The notes: a model not told the origin generated them from the sequence alone. Shown: positions 1 through 13,430, counted from the whole stretch's first letter. The stretch: DNA of 63,447 nucleotides, filler included, from Reticulomyxa filosa (GCA_000512085.1; 19 parts of 19 records of this genome joined end to end with filler, not necessarily neighbours in it); one strand, 5' to 3'. Numbers and translations are program-made.

Positions 1-10
1 TTGATTCAAG

Positions 11-463
11 CCCCCCCCCCCGTGGTGGATCACCCAAAAACATGCACACGATCACACAGACTTAAGGTTCCATTATCTCATCATGGCACTGGAAGACATA
101 GTCACGTCTGCTATTGTCTATCCTTGGCAACACGTGTGCACTCGCATGATTTACACTGGCGAAAGTGCATTCGACGCCTATTGCCACATTCGTCGTGAGC
201 GTGGCTTTTCGGGCTATTGGGACGGGTTCTGTTATGAAATTTGTTCCAAAATTTTGTGCATTGGGATCCAGGCCATATCGAGAAAGGCCGAAAATTGGTA
301 CAAAGAATACAAAAATGAACAACATGACGCCAACAAAAAAAAAAAGTACAACAAGTCAGCGATTACAACATCATTTGTGACATTTGCTGTCAACACAAAA
401 AACAACATGCCTTTGACCCTTGTGGCCATTGCTGCTGCTCCAATTGTTTGCCCACTATTCTAA
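11..463 (+). CDS. Mitochondrial carrier (SLC25)-like protein, 3' part
   Basis: IVYPWQHVCTRM...HIRRERGFSGYWDG resembles one carrier repeat (PxxxxxxR...[DE]GxxxxxxG) with a degenerate signature. 5' end lies outside the contig. Confidence 0.5.
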   Translation, partial: PPPPWWITQKHAHDHTDLRFHYLIMALEDIVTSAIVYPWQHVCTRMIYTGESAFDAYCHIRRERGFSGYWDGFCYEICSKILCIGIQAISRKAENWYKEYKNEQHDANKKKKYNKSAITTSFVTFAVNTKNNMPLTLVAIAAAPIVCPLF

Positions 464-810
464 ACGCTCAAAAATGTCCTTTTTGTAATGCAGATGTTGG
501 TAAGGTGGTCAAATTCTATGTTTAAAGCGAGAACACAAACATTTCTCACGTTGTTTTCTTACACACATAACATTTCCATTTTTTTTTTTTTTTTTTTTGC
601 ATCATTTTCAATGTGAGACAAATAAATTCATACATTGCTCGTTTTGTTGAGCTGAACACCAAATCGCAAACTTTTGTCATTGATCTTCGTTTAAATTCAT
701 TTCGACAAGGGGTCGTGTCGCCTGAGTAAAATGTCATAAGAACGCACATTGTCTTTGCTCTCAATTACATCTGCTGAGTTTTTTTGTTTTTAGAACGACG
801 ATAGCAAAAA

Positions 811-1471
811 ATGAAAATGACCGAACTTTTCGAAATCGAAGGGGGTTTTGAGATGGATAATTTTACTCCTAAAGATGGGACATCCTTGCCACAGGCCACT
901 AATCGAAAGACTCAGCTTATGGAAACATTACTGATGAGAAAATATGATGCTATGGAAGCCGAATACGCGGAAATACTTGCTTGTGAGCAACGAGTAAGAG
1001 CAAAAAGAGAAATGGAAGAGAAAAAAAGCAATGCTGGGAAGAAAAAAAAAAATCGGAAAAAAAAAAAGCACAAATTCTGAATTTTCACACGACAATGAAC
1101 GACTTCGATATGTGATTGGAGAGAAAGGAAAAGACGAGTATGAAATGATGAAACAAGTATTAGAAATCGTAGACACGGAAACAATTACAACTTTGCCAAG
1201 CGAAACAACATCGAACAACCAAGGAAAGGATTCGCACTCCTGTGAGCACGGCAATGATATTGAATTGAATGAAAAATCAACTGATTTTATCAAATCGGCT
1301 ATGAGTGAGATCACATTAAAGTGTCCCCCGTGGGCAAAAGATATCCCAGAGCATGTTTGGAAAGAGAAATTGCTCAAAAGTATCGCAACTACCAATGACT
1401 CTGATCTTGCTGCCTTGCATATCCATGTGACACCTCACACTCAAAGCACAAGCTCTTCAGAGATAAAATAA
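811..1471 (+). CDS. MEA1 (male-enhanced antigen 1)-like domain protein, split by a 1-nt frameshift in an A-run
   Basis: IELNEKSTDFIKSAMSEITLKCPPWAKDIPEHVWKEKLL resembles the MEA1 C-terminal motif (M..V.LP...P.WA..I....W). ORFs 811-1080 and 1031-1471 fuse if one A is removed from the A11 run at 1057-1067. Confidence 0.6.
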
Positions 1472-1914
1472 TGTTTTTTTGTGTTTTTTGTCTTTTTTTA
1501 TTATTCAATTGTTTGGTTCGTCTTTTGCACTCAAATTGGACGATTATCGGCAGGCCTGCTCTACTTTCTGTGGTTTTTGATTGATGTCTGTGCGATAAAC
1601 CGTTTTTGCAGATATGATATGGCTCTTCTCAAAAATTGTTGCTGTTTCTCTCCACAAATTTTTTTCATAAACAAACCACCCTTATTTTTGTACGTTCTCA
1701 TTGGCAAACCTGGCACTGGATAAAGTTATGCAATTTTTAAGCTAGTTTCGGTTTCACTTCCAAGCAAGTTATGTTGTGTGATCAGAAGAGTTAATAAAGG
1801 ACACAATTCGTTTTTTGCTACTTGAGAGAACACTTTTGGAGTGTGGACTTGAACGCAGAACTCAAACTTGTCGGTATTCTCCCTTAATTTATTGGTAAAG
1901 CAAAGGCAGACAAA

Positions 1915-2574
1915 ATGCCCAATCTGCGTAATGTTGTCTATTACACTTGGATAACCCTACAACTAGTTGGATTTGGATACTTTGCGTGCTTATTTAATTT
2001 TAGTGGTGGTGAGTTTAACTTTTGTTGACACAACGGGAGTACCACAAAATAAATTTCCTTTTGAACAAATAAATAAAAAGATATCGCTGATGGCAGTAAT
2101 CGCTTTCGTCCAGTTTGGTGGGGCTTTTTAATGATAGTGTATGGCATCGTTAGTTTTTGGGTTTTGTACAAGACGACCGAATTGAAGCACATGGCTCTGT
2201 GTGTAACTACCGGGGCAGTGATTAACGAAGTGTTTACCCAAATATGCACAAACAATTTTCACAATGCCAAGCCATTAAAAGTGTTTACGTGGTTTGAATT
2301 TTTAGTTTTGGTTCGTTTTGTTTTTATTTTTCATTTGCATTTGTATTTGTTTTTGTTATCAATAAATTCAGCTGCGTCTTTGTCGTTTTTCTTACTTTAG
2401 ACTGTATTTTTGGTGGAATTAATACATTGGAGAAAAGATATCATCGTGCACCGAAGTGATGGGGAAGAAACACGCGCTATATCTCCTAAAACATATCAAA
2501 ATGACAATGCTACCACTCTGATCACCGATCATGGAAGCTCCAATCCATTTGTAACCCCTAATGATGATTTGTGA
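1915..2574 (+). CDS. Small multi-pass membrane protein, 3 exons (1915-2008, 2081-2310, 2401-2574), 165 aa
   Basis: Manual splicing at phase-compatible GT-AG introns gives an open MPNLRNVVYYTWITLQLVGFGYFACLFNFSGDIADGSNRFRPVWWGFLMIVYG...FEFLVLTVFLVELIHWRK...PNDDL*, with about 4 hydrophobic segments. Confidence 0.65.
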
Positions 2575-3279
2575 AAGAAGCAATACACAATTAACTAAAC
2601 TGATGTTTTCAAAACGAAAAGAACTGATACTTTTTTTTCCCACTTTATCCATTTTTGATTTTTTTTGACATACTAAAAGATGTCCTCAAAAATATGTGAT
2701 CGTTGAAGATGCAATTGTTTTTCTAACAGAGAGATTTCCTCTGTCCTATGTGGCAACACATTTCAATGCTTACAGATTTGTTTTATCTTATGTCAAAGTT
2801 TTTAATCAAAAAGCACCAAAACATTCTTGTTCCGATTCCAGCATTTTAGACATAAACTCAAAAAATGTCATGAAAATAATGTTTAATTCAAATCGATTGA
2901 ACAAAAGATTTATTAAGTTGGAATGAATGAATTTTGATTTTACTGTTTACTGCCAGCGATCAATAGGAACTTAAAGTAATCCTCTAATCATGTTCAGATC
3001 TTTCTTTGCATGTTGAGATTGTTTTTCTCAAAAGATTTTCTGCAATCATCAAATGAAATTTATTTGGAATTTGAATTTTCATTTTTTTTATTCCGAGTGC
3101 ATTTTAAAAAATGAAAGTAATGACAAGTATTTCTGAAAATTGATATTTTTAGTACGTGGCAAACTGCTTGAATAATCGTTGTGTGTATTTCGTACAAGTT
3201 TTAAAAGTGCTGACAAAAAAAATCCTTTGAAAGAAAATCTTTTGTTTATTCTTGGATAATCCAACTTTGGCATCTGTCA

Positions 3280-3940
3280 ATGGTAATGATTTTTTGCTTC
3301 CTTTTACTACTCATTCTAACTGAGGTTATTTGGTGTGACAATACAGGCAACCGCTCAACGAGTTACTGGGACGCAACCAACATATTTGCAAGCCATTCGA
3401 GAGACATTAACGGCTGCAATATGTTTACAAAATTTTGCAAGTCAAAAAATCGAAAGACACAACAAACCTGAAGTAGAAGTACGCTTGGACAAAGAGTTGT
3501 TGCTAAATCCTGTTGTAATTAGCCGCAACGAGCAAGAAAGGATACTCATCGAAGGCTCAGTCAATTCGGTGCGCGTTTCAATTAAGATCAAACAATCCGA
3601 CGAAATGGACGAAATGTTGGCAGACAGATTTTCACGATTTTTGATGCAAAGAGCAGAAGATTTTGAAATTTTAAGAAGAAAGGCCAAAAAGGTGTGTTTT
3701 TTTTTGTGAAAAGGGGGAAAGGTTCCAACTAATATGTATACGTCATTTGATGTTTTGTAGGGCTATGACATTAGTATTTTGATCACGAACTTCAACGTGG
3801 AGGAGATGTGGAAACATAAATTGATTGATTTCATCATTGAGTTTTTGCAAGATATTGACAGTGAAATTTCGTCAATGAAATTGAATGTCAATTCGCGCTC
3901 CCGTGTGATTGCCAAAGAATGGCTCAAGTCCTTCACATAA
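3280..3940 (+). CDS. ARPC4: Arp2/3 complex subunit 4 (p20); exons 3280-3282, 3347-3691, 3761-3940
   Basis: [32 protein letters not shown]...[16 protein letters not shown]...[15 protein letters not shown]|[36 protein letters not shown] is clearly ARPC4. GT-AG introns; CTAAC branch-like site in intron 1. Confidence 0.96.
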
Positions 3941-4465
3941 AACAGTATAATATCTTGTTTGTTGTTGCCTTTTTTCCCCCATTCTCCGCCTGCTCACTCC
4001 CTTTGTTCATTTTTAAAAGTCAAAGCTATGAAGTGTGAGTGGATGTTGTAAAATGCAACAAATTTTAAGGGAAGAAATAAAACAGTTTGTTGGTTTGAAA
4101 CACTGTAAATTTTTTTTGCAATTGTGGCACCATAATACCATGTTCTGCTCCTGGAATCAGTATACAACTTTGTCAATTTTTGTATTGGATGATTTATTAA
4201 AGTAGAAACGTATTGGAACACCAGCCCTTTGCTTGTTCTTTCACTATGATTTATTTTCCATTTGTCAGGCTGTGAGCAATAAAACTTAGATGTTAGTCAA
4301 AAATTGCAACAGTTTTTTTCATTGACTTAGTTTTAAAACGAGAAAAAATTACTTTGATTTTGTGCATATAATTAATTAATTTAGAAACAAACACACAAAA
4401 AATAATGGCTTGTTCCTAAGAAAAAGTTTTCACACGACCTTGTATCTGACTTTGTTTTTTTGTCT

Positions 4466-5135
4466 TTACAACAATTGAGAAGCACAATCGTCATTGATAG
4501 CTTGGTCAGTGGTTGTTCTTAGAGAATTATTAGGATCTTGATTCCTTTTCGATTGAACGTGTTTGATCTGCTGCCACGCCACACACAAGGTTGCTAAAAA
4601 TATCACTACACCACATGAAGCAGTTAAAACGGAGCTGTCTTCAAAAAATAAGATTTGCCAAACAAAACACAGCATAATTTCACAGCTTCTAACAGCACTA
4701 GCTGTACCCGATTCCACATATTTGCAGCTGAATGTCATAGCATATTGACCAAAAAAGCCAATAACACCAACAGCAAACAATCCAAGAATTTTCCAAGTGC
4801 TCTCTGGCCATATAAATTTCTGATACGATTAACATCAAAAAAGCAAAATAAGACATATTCTATCAGATATGTACGTGTAAAAAAACAGAGAGAGAAAAAT
4901 CAACTTCTGTCCACAATGTCAGAGCCAACGCTTCGACTAGTCCAAAGACAGCGTTTGAGCCGAGTTGATATAAAACAGGAGCTTTCATGGCGGGTTTGGT
5001 CAAGACAAATGTGCACGAACAGACGAATGTTGAAAGTAAGGCAAACCCATATCCCTCCCATTCGCGTTTTACCAAGTCGTTTTTGTCAAGATCTTGTAGA
5101 CGTTCATCTATGTGTTGCGTTACAAAGTCAAATGT
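4466..5135 (-). CDS. EamA/DMT-family (SLC35G-like) transporter, 3' part
   Basis: GYGFALLSTFVCSCTFVLTK ... intron ... GVIGFFGQYAMT...ESGTASAVRSCEIMLCFVWQILFF, typical of the second EamA repeat. 5' end truncated at a (GA)n contig end. Confidence 0.75.
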
Positions 5136-5155
5136 AATAAGAGAGAGAGAGAGAG

Positions 5156-5255
5156 NNNNNNNNNNNNNNNNNNNNNNNNNNNNNNNNNNNNNNNNNNNNT
5201 TAATTAATTAANNNNNNNNNNNNNNNNNNNNNNNNNNNNNNNNNNNNNNNNNNNN
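5156..5255. other. Artificial contig-joining spacer (first of 18 identical copies)
   Basis: N44-TTAATTAATTAA-N44, exactly 100 nt, recurs 18 times (coordinates in summary). TTAATTAATTAA gives stops in all six frames. Confidence 0.99.
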
Positions 5256-6093
5256 GTTAACCATTTGGGAAGGTTTGATCATTACACATTTGCTTTTTTT
5301 TTTTCCCCTCTTTCGAATCAACCTGTTTTGTATGTACTTGCGCTTGATGTGACTCTTATTGTTGTTTGAACCATAGGCACAACCAATGTTCTGTCGCTTG
5401 ACACTTTAAGTGTTTTGGCACATCCAAAGTATGGAGCGCAATCCTGGAAGCTGTTCACTTCAGTTCATCTTTTACTCTTTGTTTTGTGTGACACATGTCA
5501 ATTACGCAGTTGGAATATCTTTTTGATTGGCTGATCAATTGATTGATTTGAAAAAAAAAATAAAAAAAAAAAAAAAAGAACAATTCGAGAGAAATTGCAA
5601 AAATGCAAGCGTTCTGCTGTTGGCAAGTCGTTAGAGAAAGAAAGTGAAAGCATTGATAAAGCTTTGAAAATTATGGAGAAATGGTTAGCAACCTATGGTA
5701 CACAACGCCAATGCTTGAACACTTTTGCAAGAGATATCACCTTTTCATTGGCCAGAATTTATGCTGCTTCTTTGCTGCTTGAGGTTTTTCTTCTCTCTTT
5801 TTGTTTTGCGTGTTTGTAAGGGAGGGGGGGGGGGACATATTTATATACAGCAAATGTACTGTTGAACTATGATACAGCATGCTACTTGGTCGAAAGATCC
5901 TACTGATGTTGCAGTGTGTCAGAAATACGTGAATGGAGATTTTCAATCCACTTACTTTGGAAGTCCTCTGCTGGTGTCTCGATGCATCCAACAATGGTTG
6001 GAAAATAAGAGCTCAAATCATCAGCTCCAACAAGAAGTTTCTACTGCTGCCACTCTGGGGATGGGTCCTGCTTACGCAACTTCCAAGTTGTAA
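5256..6093 (+). CDS. AidB/ACDH-11-like acyl-CoA dehydrogenase, 3' exons
   Basis: Spliced LTIWEG|TTNVLSLD (catalytic Glu motif of AidB-type ACADs), then ARDITFSLARIYAASLLLE|HATW. Three introns. Confidence 0.8.
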
Positions 6094-8218
6094 GATTTTT
6101 AATCAATTATTTGATTACTTTTTTTATAAAAAAAAGGGCCATTGTTTCAATTTAAACACTTATTAATATTTGACATAATAAAAATGACAGTGGCAATGAA
6201 TTTTTTTCAATTAAAATCACGTACATGCCTTTTATTTTGTGGCTATTGTTCTAAAAAAATAATAAGCGAGATATTTATATAAATCACATTACAATCTTAA
6301 TTAAAACATTTAAAAACAACCAGTTTTAAACCAAAATGCTAAACATTTGTTGCTACATTTGGTTTTTCAGTTTCTTACAAAGTAAACAAAAAAGGTTACA
6401 GTCAAAGTTAAAAATTCAAATAAAAGGACTAACGTCGTTTATTATAAATTCTTTTTTAAATGTGTTCAAAACACAATGAAATTTTATTATTACCTAAACT
6501 TGAAGTAAATATTTACTCTTACATTTTGTATTATTTTATAATTACTTAAGTGACATCTTTGTATAATCAACATGAACTAAGATATTCTTGTAATTGGGCT
6601 AGCTCCAAGTATGTTATGATATATCTCTTTGCTAATTTCAATATAACAAAAATCAAATGAAAGAGACTTAATGTAAAGCAAGAGATATTTTTTGATTCAC
6701 TTGGCCTTACAAAGAAACACACTTTAGTGGTCTGTGTTGCCAAAGAGAAATAATTTAATAGTTACTACGTCCAACCCCCTTTTTGTTCAATTGTTTTTTT
6801 CAATCAAAATATTCATCCTAATAAATTAGTATTTCACATTCAACAGAAATCAATTGCTAAAAAAAAATATTTGTAATAGGCACTTTCTACATGCTCAGCT
6901 GTTCAAAAAAGTGACTGACATCATTGTTTCATCAATGTTCTCATTCAAAAAATCATAAAATCTCAAATCTTTGTTATAAAAATTTCTCATTGCCCATTAT
7001 TTCGGATATAAGAGCCACAAAAAGAAAAGCAAACAAGTCTTTGTAGTTTGTCACCAAAAGACAAAAAAAACTGAACCATATAATTTTAATTGATTTCATA
7101 AAATACTCAATAATAACAAATTCAACAAATTAATAAATAATAATACATTTTTTAATTGAAAACACAAAAATAAAATTATGATGAATGGAAGAGTTTCTTA
7201 AAAAGGGTCTAGTTCCTGTTTTTTTTTTTTGATGATGGCATCATTGAACTAGTTCCTTCAAATCAAAGTTTAGGAAAAATAAAAAGTTATTCCAGGATTG
7301 CTGACGAAAGCGTATATAAAAAGTAACTTCAAATCTTCAAAAGCTCTATATGACAATTTTTTTTTTTAAAAAAAAAATTATTAGGAAAATGACTACTTGT
7401 CATCAATTTTTTGATCAAAGTAAATAGTTCAATGAACATATGACTGTACTGACGAATTGATAAAACATATTGTATCATAGATTGTTATTGTAAATATATG
7501 AATAACTCCAGCATATAAAATTTTCTTCGTCAAAAGAAAAGTATAAAAATAAATTGATGAATGAAAAAAAAGTCATTCAATCTGTCAATAGCAAAATTTG
7601 GAATGTTATCTAGTTCTAATATTTTTTAACTATGCATTCATACATGCTATCAGGTGATTTGGATTATTTCATAAGTACAATATAAAACTTGTTCAGATAA
7701 CAAGAAGGTTTGTTTTGTCTTGACAACAAAAGAAAATACAGTCATAGCCAAGAAATTACACTTAGGAAAGACAAAAACCTTAAATTCTATCCATTAACTA
7801 GAGAGAGAAGTCAAATTGGACTCTTTCTGAGTTGCTAACAACACAAACATAAAAAAAAGAGAACCAACCCCTTTTTCAGCTGTCTTGTAAACTTGTTTTT
7901 ATGGGATGTGTTTTGTTTTCTACAGATTTATCTTTACTTCTACGATTTTGTCATAGTTCAATATAGTGTTTTGATAGTTAACATATAAAAAATAATAATG
8001 TGCGCTGCGAAATATCATAGAATAAAAATAATATTATTCGATCTAAAAAAGATGTTGGGCTTAGTTAAAAATTGATTATTTATTTTGTTTGAAAATGTAA
8101 CATTAAAGCTTCAATAATACCACAAAATCCAAGTGTTGAAACGATATTGAAGAAGTTTTCGAGTTAGAAATAGTTTATTTCTTTGAATTCAAAAGCAAAA
8201 AAGAAAAAAAAGCAATGA

Positions 8219-10491
8219 CTATTCTGTATCTTCTGCGTCAGAGAGAGAGAAGAGAAGACCGGCATGACGGTCATTAATTGATTTCCTTTGCGATTTCAAA
8301 TGAATAAAACTGAGCCATTTATTTCCAGAGGATAAGAGGAAAGTGTCATAATTTTTCAAAAATCTTAGCCTTTGTTCAAACATTTCATTAGGATCGCTGC
8401 TTGAATCAAATAGCTTATGAACTCGATTTACGACTTCCTCTAAATTAGAATCGATCAATTCATGACAAGTGATCACACCTGCTATTTTTTCATTCTCATC
8501 CAAACATATCAAATGCCTCATTCCCAAGCCCCTAAATATGCTGTACACAATATTAATAGGGGTATGTGGACTCACAGTTATGGGTGACAGATAAATATAT
8601 GGCGATAAATCAATAAATAAAGTGTCCAATTCGTCGTCTCTAACATTCAATTCTTCCAACGTTACGTGCATTTTCTATGTGTGTGTGCGTGTGTGTGTGT
8701 GTATGTACACGTAACATTTATATCAGCAATTAAAACAAACAAAAGAAAGAAAGTTACATGTTTCCATGTGCGATCCGTCATTTGTGCTTGAGTTAGGATA
8801 TTTTTTTGTGTAAATTTTAATAGTTTCTCAGGTGTACCATAGTGTTTGTTGTTCAATAAAATCAAGATATGCCAACGAAGGACCATTCCAGCAAATGTGC
8901 CAGACCGTTGTGTATATTTATTGTTGCTTTTTGATAATTCTTTTGGATTCACGCCAGGGCCTTCCAACACTGCAAATGCACTGTGCTCATGTGTAGGATC
9001 ATTGATCACATGCAACAATACACGTAACGAACATATTGCCGGTAGTGTCATCACCCTTGGATTCATTATGTCATGTGCAGTAACGTAAGTAGGAACCCAG
9101 GAAGGCAGTTTGGCTTCCAAATATGGCATGTCTTTTAATGCCACATGGCTGTCGTACAGTGGACTATTAAAGCGATCTCCAATCCATTTTGATACCATGA
9201 CAACTATCATGATAGGCATTAAATAGTATATATCATTCGTTATTTCAAGCAATATTGCAGTCAGTGATCTATCATTTCACCAACATTAGCATATACATAT
9301 ACATATATATATATATATGTATATTTTTTAATGTGATGTTTCAAATTCAATGGACAAAGAGAAAAATAAATAAATAAATAAAATAACATGGTCATTCTTG
9401 TGACACCTCCCAATGTTGCCGCAGATCCCAGCAAAGCGTAAACGCCGACATCCAAGCTCAGCCCAAAGACTTTGTTGTATGCTTGGCCCATGCCATGGCC
9501 AAGTGTGGCACCGATTAAAATGAGCGGAATAAACAAGCCAGCGGGGACCGCAATGCCACAAGCGAGCAAAACTAAGCCATAATACACCATAAAACACACT
9601 AATACTTGTCCCAGCGGAAACCATTGATGACTGTCCCGATGAAACAGACCACTGATTATATTTTCTGATCTTCCAAATAACAAGGACGCTGTTATTGATT
9701 ATCACAACACACAAACCCCCTCCAATCATTGTTCGTGTTTAACCTTTGTACCCTTTTTATTCATTGATCGAATCTGTTTTGTGTGTGTGTGTGTGTGTGT
9801 GTATTGTATTTGACCTGTGGGATTATAATAGCCTTCTTCACAAGTAAATTGTCCAAATGTAGCCAGACTTCGACAACGTGAATCGGTTTTGGAATAATCT
9901 GCACAATCTTGCTCGATGATGGAAACGGGTTGACAACCAAAAAAAAAAGGTATTCCCAAAATGCACAATGATGTGATCAATGACACCACCATCACTTCTG
10001 CTATTTTGCGCCATTTTCCGGTCACTTGCAACTTGCGCCAGCGCATTATATGTATGTTTATTGTGTTAAATAATATCCCCACAACACCGCCAACCACGCC
10101 AATCAGTAGAAAAAATCCCAAGTCTGCAGAGTTGAATTTTCCTAACGTCGTCGAGGAGTTTGTGCTTTGAAAGTCGATCAAGCCTTTTTTTTTCCGATAT
10201 GTTTTGTAGACTGTGTTTTATTGTTCGCAGACTTTTTTTTTTTAAAAAAAAAAGGGGGGAGAGGGGTGTTTCCTTTTTTTTTTTTTTTAATAAACCAAAA
10301 AGAAGAATACACACATACACATAATACAAAACTGCTCTTTGAAAACGATCCACATTCATGGTTCTCACATCCCAACAACAATTGCAACACCAAATTCGAG
10401 GTCGTTGCAGCAAAGAATGCTCTCCATGTCAATCCAGGTTGCCAGAACGACGACACTTCTTCTAATGCGAACAACATTCCGCCTATGGGTG
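8219..10491 (-). CDS. CLC chloride channel/antiporter (CLC-6/7-like) with two CBS domains, 5' truncated, multi-exon
   Basis: [73 protein letters not shown]; CBS motifs TAHDIMNP and FRGLGMRHL. Confidence 0.93.
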
Positions 10492-10672
10492 CTATTACAC
10501 AAACACGTTTTCCCCCCACCCCCACCCCTCGAACGTTTATTACAATTTAGTATTGTTTTTTTTTTTTTTTTTNNNNNNNNNNNNNNNNNNNNNNNNNNNN
10601 NNNNNNNNNNNNNNNNTTAATTAATTAANNNNNNNNNNNNNNNNNNNNNNNNNNNNNNNNNNNNNNNNNNNN

Positions 10673-10710
<38 letters not shown>

Positions 10711-11016
10711 CTCTTCCTCTTTCTTTTTCCATTGCTTTGTGAAAATTTGACTCCTTAACGGTAAAACCGATAAACCTGATTTTTGTAGTAGCACGGTTTA
10801 ACCAAGTTCACTGAAATTTTCAAATTGTCTAAAAGCGAGTGAACAAAACATCTTTGAAACAACAGTTTTTTTTGTTTTGTTTTGGGTATTATTTAATTTT
10901 TCTTTTTTTTTTTTCACGTTTGATCGGTTAATAAAGACTCTGAGAAAGGAGAAGTGAATAAATAAATTAAAAAAAAAAAAATAATAATAATAACCAAAGT
11001 TTCGCAAACGTCCATA

Positions 11017-13430
11017 ATGAATAAATCTCCAAAACTAGATCAAGATACAGAGGCGATATTTTCAGGCCAACCACAAGAAGCCTCAAATTATGGAACAGAC
11101 GTTTCATTGGAGCAGCAGTTGTTAGATGCAGCTCACAAGTCCCGTGTGGAGCTATTGGACCGTCGCTTGCCAATAAATTACTCGGATTTGGTGGTGCCAT
11201 TTTGTTGTAGCATATGCCTGCACCTATTTTATTTTGTAATATTTCTAGTGATCGAATTGGCGTTGTTGTCAGTCGGAGGGAGTGAGATATCGTGCAGCGT
11301 GTCCGTGGAATACCAGCTTTACACAATGTACTCGTTGATGATCCATGGACTGACACTGTGTCTGTGTATAGTATCATTGTGTTCGAGTTACCACACGCGA
11401 ATATTTGAGCATAACAAATGCCTACAAAAGTTGTTGCAACTGGGATTATGGCTGAATGTGGGTGAGATGATAGGAGTGGTATGGTCGTTATTTGCAATCT
11501 TCTTACCGCAGTCATATGAATGTATGAAAGAGGACGAAAGACTGCTATTCAACTTGTCGATTGTGGCAATGTGTTGCAACACCACTTCGTTGGCGTTGAG
11601 TGCATGTCTGTGGTCGTGCTTCTCTTCCAAAAAGGCTACGTACGACGAGTTTGGCCAATCGCAAATGTGGTCAAAGCGCTTCTATCGCTGCTGTCACGCG
11701 TTCTTTTGGGACAAGACCGACGACAACATGCACAATCAGACTATTGGCAGCAGCTTTGACGAGTTGGGTCTGCTCGTCACCATGCTGCAACAGGGCACCA
11801 CCAAGTTCGAACAAGAAATGAGCTTTAGCGACTTATGGACGGGACTGCAGTTGCTACGGATGCTGCAAAAGTATTACGGGTGGTTCGATGAACTTTTCTT
11901 CCATCCTTACATTCAAAGCGGCTACTTTCAGAACAAACACAATGAATCTAAACTCGACATACTGCGACAAATGACTTCCGATGAAGACTTGAACTCACAA
12001 CAACATTTTGCGAATCACCGTGATGATAATAATAATATTTTGCACTTGAATAGCGATTATGATAATAAATACGACAACGACGATGAAAAACACGATATTG
12101 ACCCAAAAGATATCGAGTTTGCGAAACAGATGCAATTGGATTTGTACAACGGGGTACAGCCGCAATTGAGTGAAGATGATCAACACTCGCTGCGCGAGGG
12201 ACAGTATTGGGTCGACTTTGCATGTGCCGCCTATGGCATCGGCTTGCAGACCTTGACCAAGCCTTGTGCTGTCTGCTGCAATCCCATGTGTGGCCTGCCG
12301 CACAACCTCCGCAACAACGACAATGTCGTCATCGACGTCGGCGTATCCTGCATGCCCTGCGACTGTGGTTGTCGTGTCGAGTACAGTGACGTTCGTGTGT
12401 TCTTGCGAAACACTGCCACCGATACCAACGACTTGTTGCTGGCTAACATGGCCGGAGGAAGTTTTGTATTGCAATTATTATTATTATTATTATTATTATA
12501 TTAAAAAAAATAAAATAAATGATAATGAATTTTTTTTTTTGCAAAGTGCCAAAAATAGAAGGGAACACTAACATCAAAAAAAAAAAAAAAGGACATCATG
12601 TGGTTACTCATTATGTAAGTGTCGATCGCAAGAAGAAAGCAGTGGTAATAACCATTCGAGGTACAATGAGCATGGCAAATACGATCACTGATGGTCAATG
12701 TATTCCAGTGAGAGTGACAGAGATTCCTCTGTTGTGCTGGTGCCATGCTGGCATATACTTAACTGCGCAAAAAGTGTTGCAGTCGCTTAATAGAGCTGAA
12801 AATGTAATTGACTTCTTGGAAAACAACAAAGATTATGCGTTGGTTTTCAATGGACATAGGTATTGCTTTTTTTTATTTTTTATTTTTTAATTACAGTTGT
12901 AATATATATATATATATATATGTATACATATACATGTATATATGGACGTGTCAATTTATTTTAGCGGCTCTTTTTTTCCCCTTCTCTCCCTCCCTCTCCC
13001 TCTCTGCAAAAAAAAAACAAAACATAAAATGAATTAGCCTTGGTGCTGGTGTAAGCGTAGTTTTAGCAGAGTTTTTGAAGCATGGAAGTGAGAATGTGTT
13101 TCATTCCAGCTACAAAAATCGACCTTTTCGCGCGTTTGCATTTGCGCCACCACCGCTATTTGACGAACATTATTGTCGTCAGTTCTTATCTCAAAGTGAA
13201 TCGTATTTATGTACATTTATTTACAGCAAAGATATGGTACCAAGATTGAGTTGGCGAGGCGTAGTGAAAATCCGTGCAGCCATTCCAAGATTATTGCAAC
13301 AATGCAAACGCACGCAGTGGTGGGTATATCAAGCCTCCGTATTGGAAGATCGTACGACTATTTTAGATGCATTAGACTCAGATAGTGGATTCATTTGTGG
13401 TAAGGACAGAGACAATCGTGATCGTGATTA
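11017..13430 (+). CDS. Diacylglycerol lipase-like (lipase class 3 with N-terminal TM helices), 3' truncated
   Basis: About 4 N-terminal TM segments; HYVSVDRKKKAVVITIRGTMS..TITD, CHAGIY, GH-S-LGAGV (Ser codon AG|C split by an intron), FAFAPP, KDMVPRLS. Confidence 0.85.

Noticed and set aside
6094-8218. 2-kb ORF-free AT-rich stretch between convergent genes
   Set aside because: No repeat, RNA gene or credible exon chain found by eye; treated as intergenic.
10553-10710. Long poly-T/poly-A and (GA)n/(GGA)n runs at contig ends as retroposon tails or telomeres
   Set aside because: Similar runs occur inside ordinary introns and coding repeats; they mark where assembly broke. No target-site duplications or RT/transposase sequence seen.
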